Shown here piece by piece: positions 61,535-64,000 of a stretch of DNA of 64,000 bases (the first letter of the stretch is position 1; each line of letters opens with the position of its first letter). Source of the stretch: Hypanus sabinus (taxonomy: Eukaryota); contig NC_082709.1 of the NCBI RefSeq assembly GCF_030144855.1, forward strand, positions 64,356,001-64,420,000, given 5' to 3'. The notes beneath the pieces were generated by a model that saw nothing but the letters and a program-made list of their open reading frames with translations, did no database searches and was not told the origin of the DNA. Made by a program: the position numbers and the translations under genes.

Positions 61535-62945
61535 AACTGTATGCTTAGCCCTTTGTTCTATTTGATTTACACTTATGAATGTGGCGCTAAGTATAGCTCT
61601 AAAACCATATTACTGATGACACCACCGTTGTTGGCCAAAGTAAAGTGGGTGACAATTCAGCATATAGGAACGAGCTTGAAAGTCCGTTTGAATGGTGCCA
61701 CCAAAGCCAAAGAGCTGATATTGACCAGAGGAAGAGGAAACCAGGTGTCCATGAGCAAGTCCACATCAGGGGATCAGAGGTGGAGAAGGTCAGCCATTTT
61801 AAATTCCTCAGCATTATCATTTCAGAGGATCTATCCTGGGTCCAGCACATAAGTGCCATTACAAGGAAGGCATGATAGTGCTCTACATTCTTAGTAGTTT
61901 GCGAAAATTCAGCGTATCATTTTAAACTTTGTCAAACTTCTATAGATGCAGAGAGCAGAGTATATAGACTGGTTTTATCACATCCTGGTATGGAAACCAT
62001 AAGTGATAGGAGCAGAATTAGATCATTCGGCCCATCGAGTCTTCCACCATTTCATCATGGCTGATTTATTATCCCTCTCAATCCCATTCTCTTGCCCTCT
62101 CCCCATAACTTTTCACACCCTGACGAATCAAGGATCTATCAACCTCTACCTTAAATACACCTAATGGTCTGGCCTCCACAGCCACTTGTGGCAACAAATT
62201 CCAGATTCACCACCCTCTGCTGAAAGAACTTACTCCTCATCTCAGTTCTAAATAGACGTCCCTCTAATCTGAGGTTGTGCCTTCTGCTCCTAGACTCCCC
62301 CACTATAGGACACATCCTCTCTACGTTCACTGTATTTAGGCCTTTCAATATTCAATAGGTTTCAATGAGAAACTGAAGCACCAATGCCCTTGAAAGGAAA
62401 AGCTTACAAAAAGTGGTGGATGCAGTCCAGTCCTTCACAGATAAGGTCCTCCTCACTGCTGAGCTCATCGAAAAGAACTTCTGTCATAGGAAAGAAGCGT
62501 TCATGATCATGGACCCCCACCATCCAGGCCATGCTGTCTTCTCAATGTTGCCATCAGGGAGGAAGTACAGGAACATTTGGTCCCACAGCAGCACGTTCAG
62601 AAGCAGTTATTTCTCCTCAACCATTAACCCTTGAACCAGAGTGAATCCCTTCACTCACCCCGACACTGAACTGATCCCACAATCTATAGACTGGCTTCCA
62701 AGGACTCTACATGTTCTCAATATTTATTATTTATTTATTATTATTAGTTTGTTTTTTATTTTTGTATTTTCACAATTTGTTGTCTTTTCAAGATTGGTTG
62801 TTTTCTTCCATCTTTGTGTTTGTTTTTTCATTGATTCTATTGTGTTTCTTTGTTTTTACTGTAAATACCCACAAGAAAATGAATCTCAGAATAGTATATG
62901 GTGACGTATATGTACTTTGGCAATACATTTACTTTGAATTTGAAA
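61535..62945 (+). mobile_element. Rex/Babar-type LINE RT-to-3' end, split by CR1
   Basis: LSPLFYLIYTYECGAK..EVEKVSHFKFLSIIISEDLSW..DPHHPGHAVFSMLPSGRKYR; TTTGAATTTGAA tail. Confidence 0.88.
61997..62370 (-). mobile_element. CR1 3' end nested in Rex element
   Basis: ORF 62151-62348 KGLNTVNVERMCPIVGESRSRRHNLRLEGR; CR1 tail at 61997; host resumes CACCAATGCC. Confidence 0.85.
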
Positions 62946-62954
62946 TGGATTTAG

Positions 62955-63180
62955 AGTAGATCCCATGGAACCGTTTGAAGAACGGTATCCAGTCCTATCT
63001 TTATTTCACAACTAATACTCTGAAAATTATCCTATTCGTTGATGTGAAAGTTTGCCTTGCTCAAATTGGCTGCTGCATTTCCTAAATTGTATGGCTAATG
63101 TCACTTTCAAAGAACATTGGCAGTGAAGCACGAGGGAATATCCTGAAGCAATGAAAGTCTCTGTGTAAATGTAATTTTTC
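62955..63180 (+). mobile_element. DeuSINE 3' half
   Basis: AGATCCCATGG..TTTGAAGAA..CAAATTGGCTGCTGCATTTCCTA..ATTGGCAGTGAAGC..TCCTGAAG..TAAATGTAA. Confidence 0.65.
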
Positions 63181-64000
63181 CCTATTAAGTTACCAGTTCC
63201 TCATTCCCTTTGCTGAGGAATTTACTGCCCAGTATCTTGTCATTTAATGTTCTTTCTGGCTATAACTATAAAACCTGTTACGTTCAGTGAATATTCAAAT
63301 CACGCACTTGCCAACAAATCTGCATTTCTCCCATTTTATGAAGAGTGGATTGATGAATGCTCTGAGGCTAGACGAAGTATAAACTGTAAACTGATTGAAT
63401 TTACTTTCAAGAACAGAGTATAACGTTACCTGAATGTTTTTTTTTCCTATTTCATATTGCTTGCCTTAAATTTAAAAAATAAAATACAGTTTTTCAGCAT
63501 CCCAGGTTTTGTTCTTTTGGATGGAATGAAATTTTCCTAATCTTGTTGAAGCTTCAGCTATATTTCCATATTTAAATGAAGTCAAAATCAACATCTTAGA
63601 GTTACTTGGTTTTCTGCGCTTAGAGTTAACCCAGTCAGGTTCTCAAATATAAGTGTACGTTCATGCATGAAAATGTTTGCAATCACCTCCTCATTCATAG
63701 CTTTTCCACCACCTGAAATGAGCAAGTTAGATTGTAATAGGATGTTTTCAACTTGCTGAATTTTGCGTCTCTGACAACACAGCATCTCAAATAATTGCAG
63801 GAACTCACAAATGGACTTTTGAAAGCACTGTCTAGACTCTAATATTCTACACTATGAAGGAGTCTGTAAGCATGTGAAGACACTGCACTTCCAATGTCCT
63901 CACTAAGTTGTACATCATTCTGAATTAGACACACATGACTATCTTTTCGCTGTTTTATGGTGTCAAACTCCTGAACTTCAGACCCAAGAGCATTTGAAAG

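Noticed and set aside
63588-63785. Minus-strand ORF with CTAAC branch point and TTTCAG acceptor
   Set aside because: Weak donors, no homology recognised
1-64000. CRISPR arrays, operons or other prokaryotic systems
   Set aside because: No regularly spaced repeats and no long gene-dense ORFs; the sequence is vertebrate repeat-rich DNA

Overview
AT-rich, CpG-depleted vertebrate non-coding DNA. The repeat complement (V-SINEs, DeuSINE/SacSINE-like SINEs, abundant CR1 and Rex/Babar LINEs, Penelope-like elements) points to a cartilaginous fish, probably a ray; this is an inference. I found no supportable host protein-coding exon, rRNA, stand-alone tRNA or CRISPR array. Every recognisable ORF in the track is a transposon remnant. 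A large part of the window is a nested mosaic of mobile elements: CR1, Rex/Babar, L2, RTE, L1, Tx1, an R2-like fragment, Penelope-like elements (PLEs), a Gypsy LTR, Tc1, Tigger/pogo elements and SINEs. These are separated by repeat-poor islands that look like regulatory/conserved non-coding DNA, so the window is probably a large intron or gene desert. Most notable: (1) a dispersed family of minimal type-I hammerhead-ribozyme motifs in PLE terminal repeats, including a ~140-bp hammerhead+tail insertion with a perfect 24-bp target-site duplication (TSD), inverted pairs, and a shared A6>C core variant; (2) an R2-type RT fragment with no rDNA context; (3) two ~170-200-bp local duplications ~1 kb apart, one splitting a Tx1 ORF, plus a local fold-back duplication of a SINE; (4) Tigger4-like and MER2-like DNA transposons resembling mammalian families. 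Family names come from motif recognition by eye. Boundaries of degraded elements are approximate.
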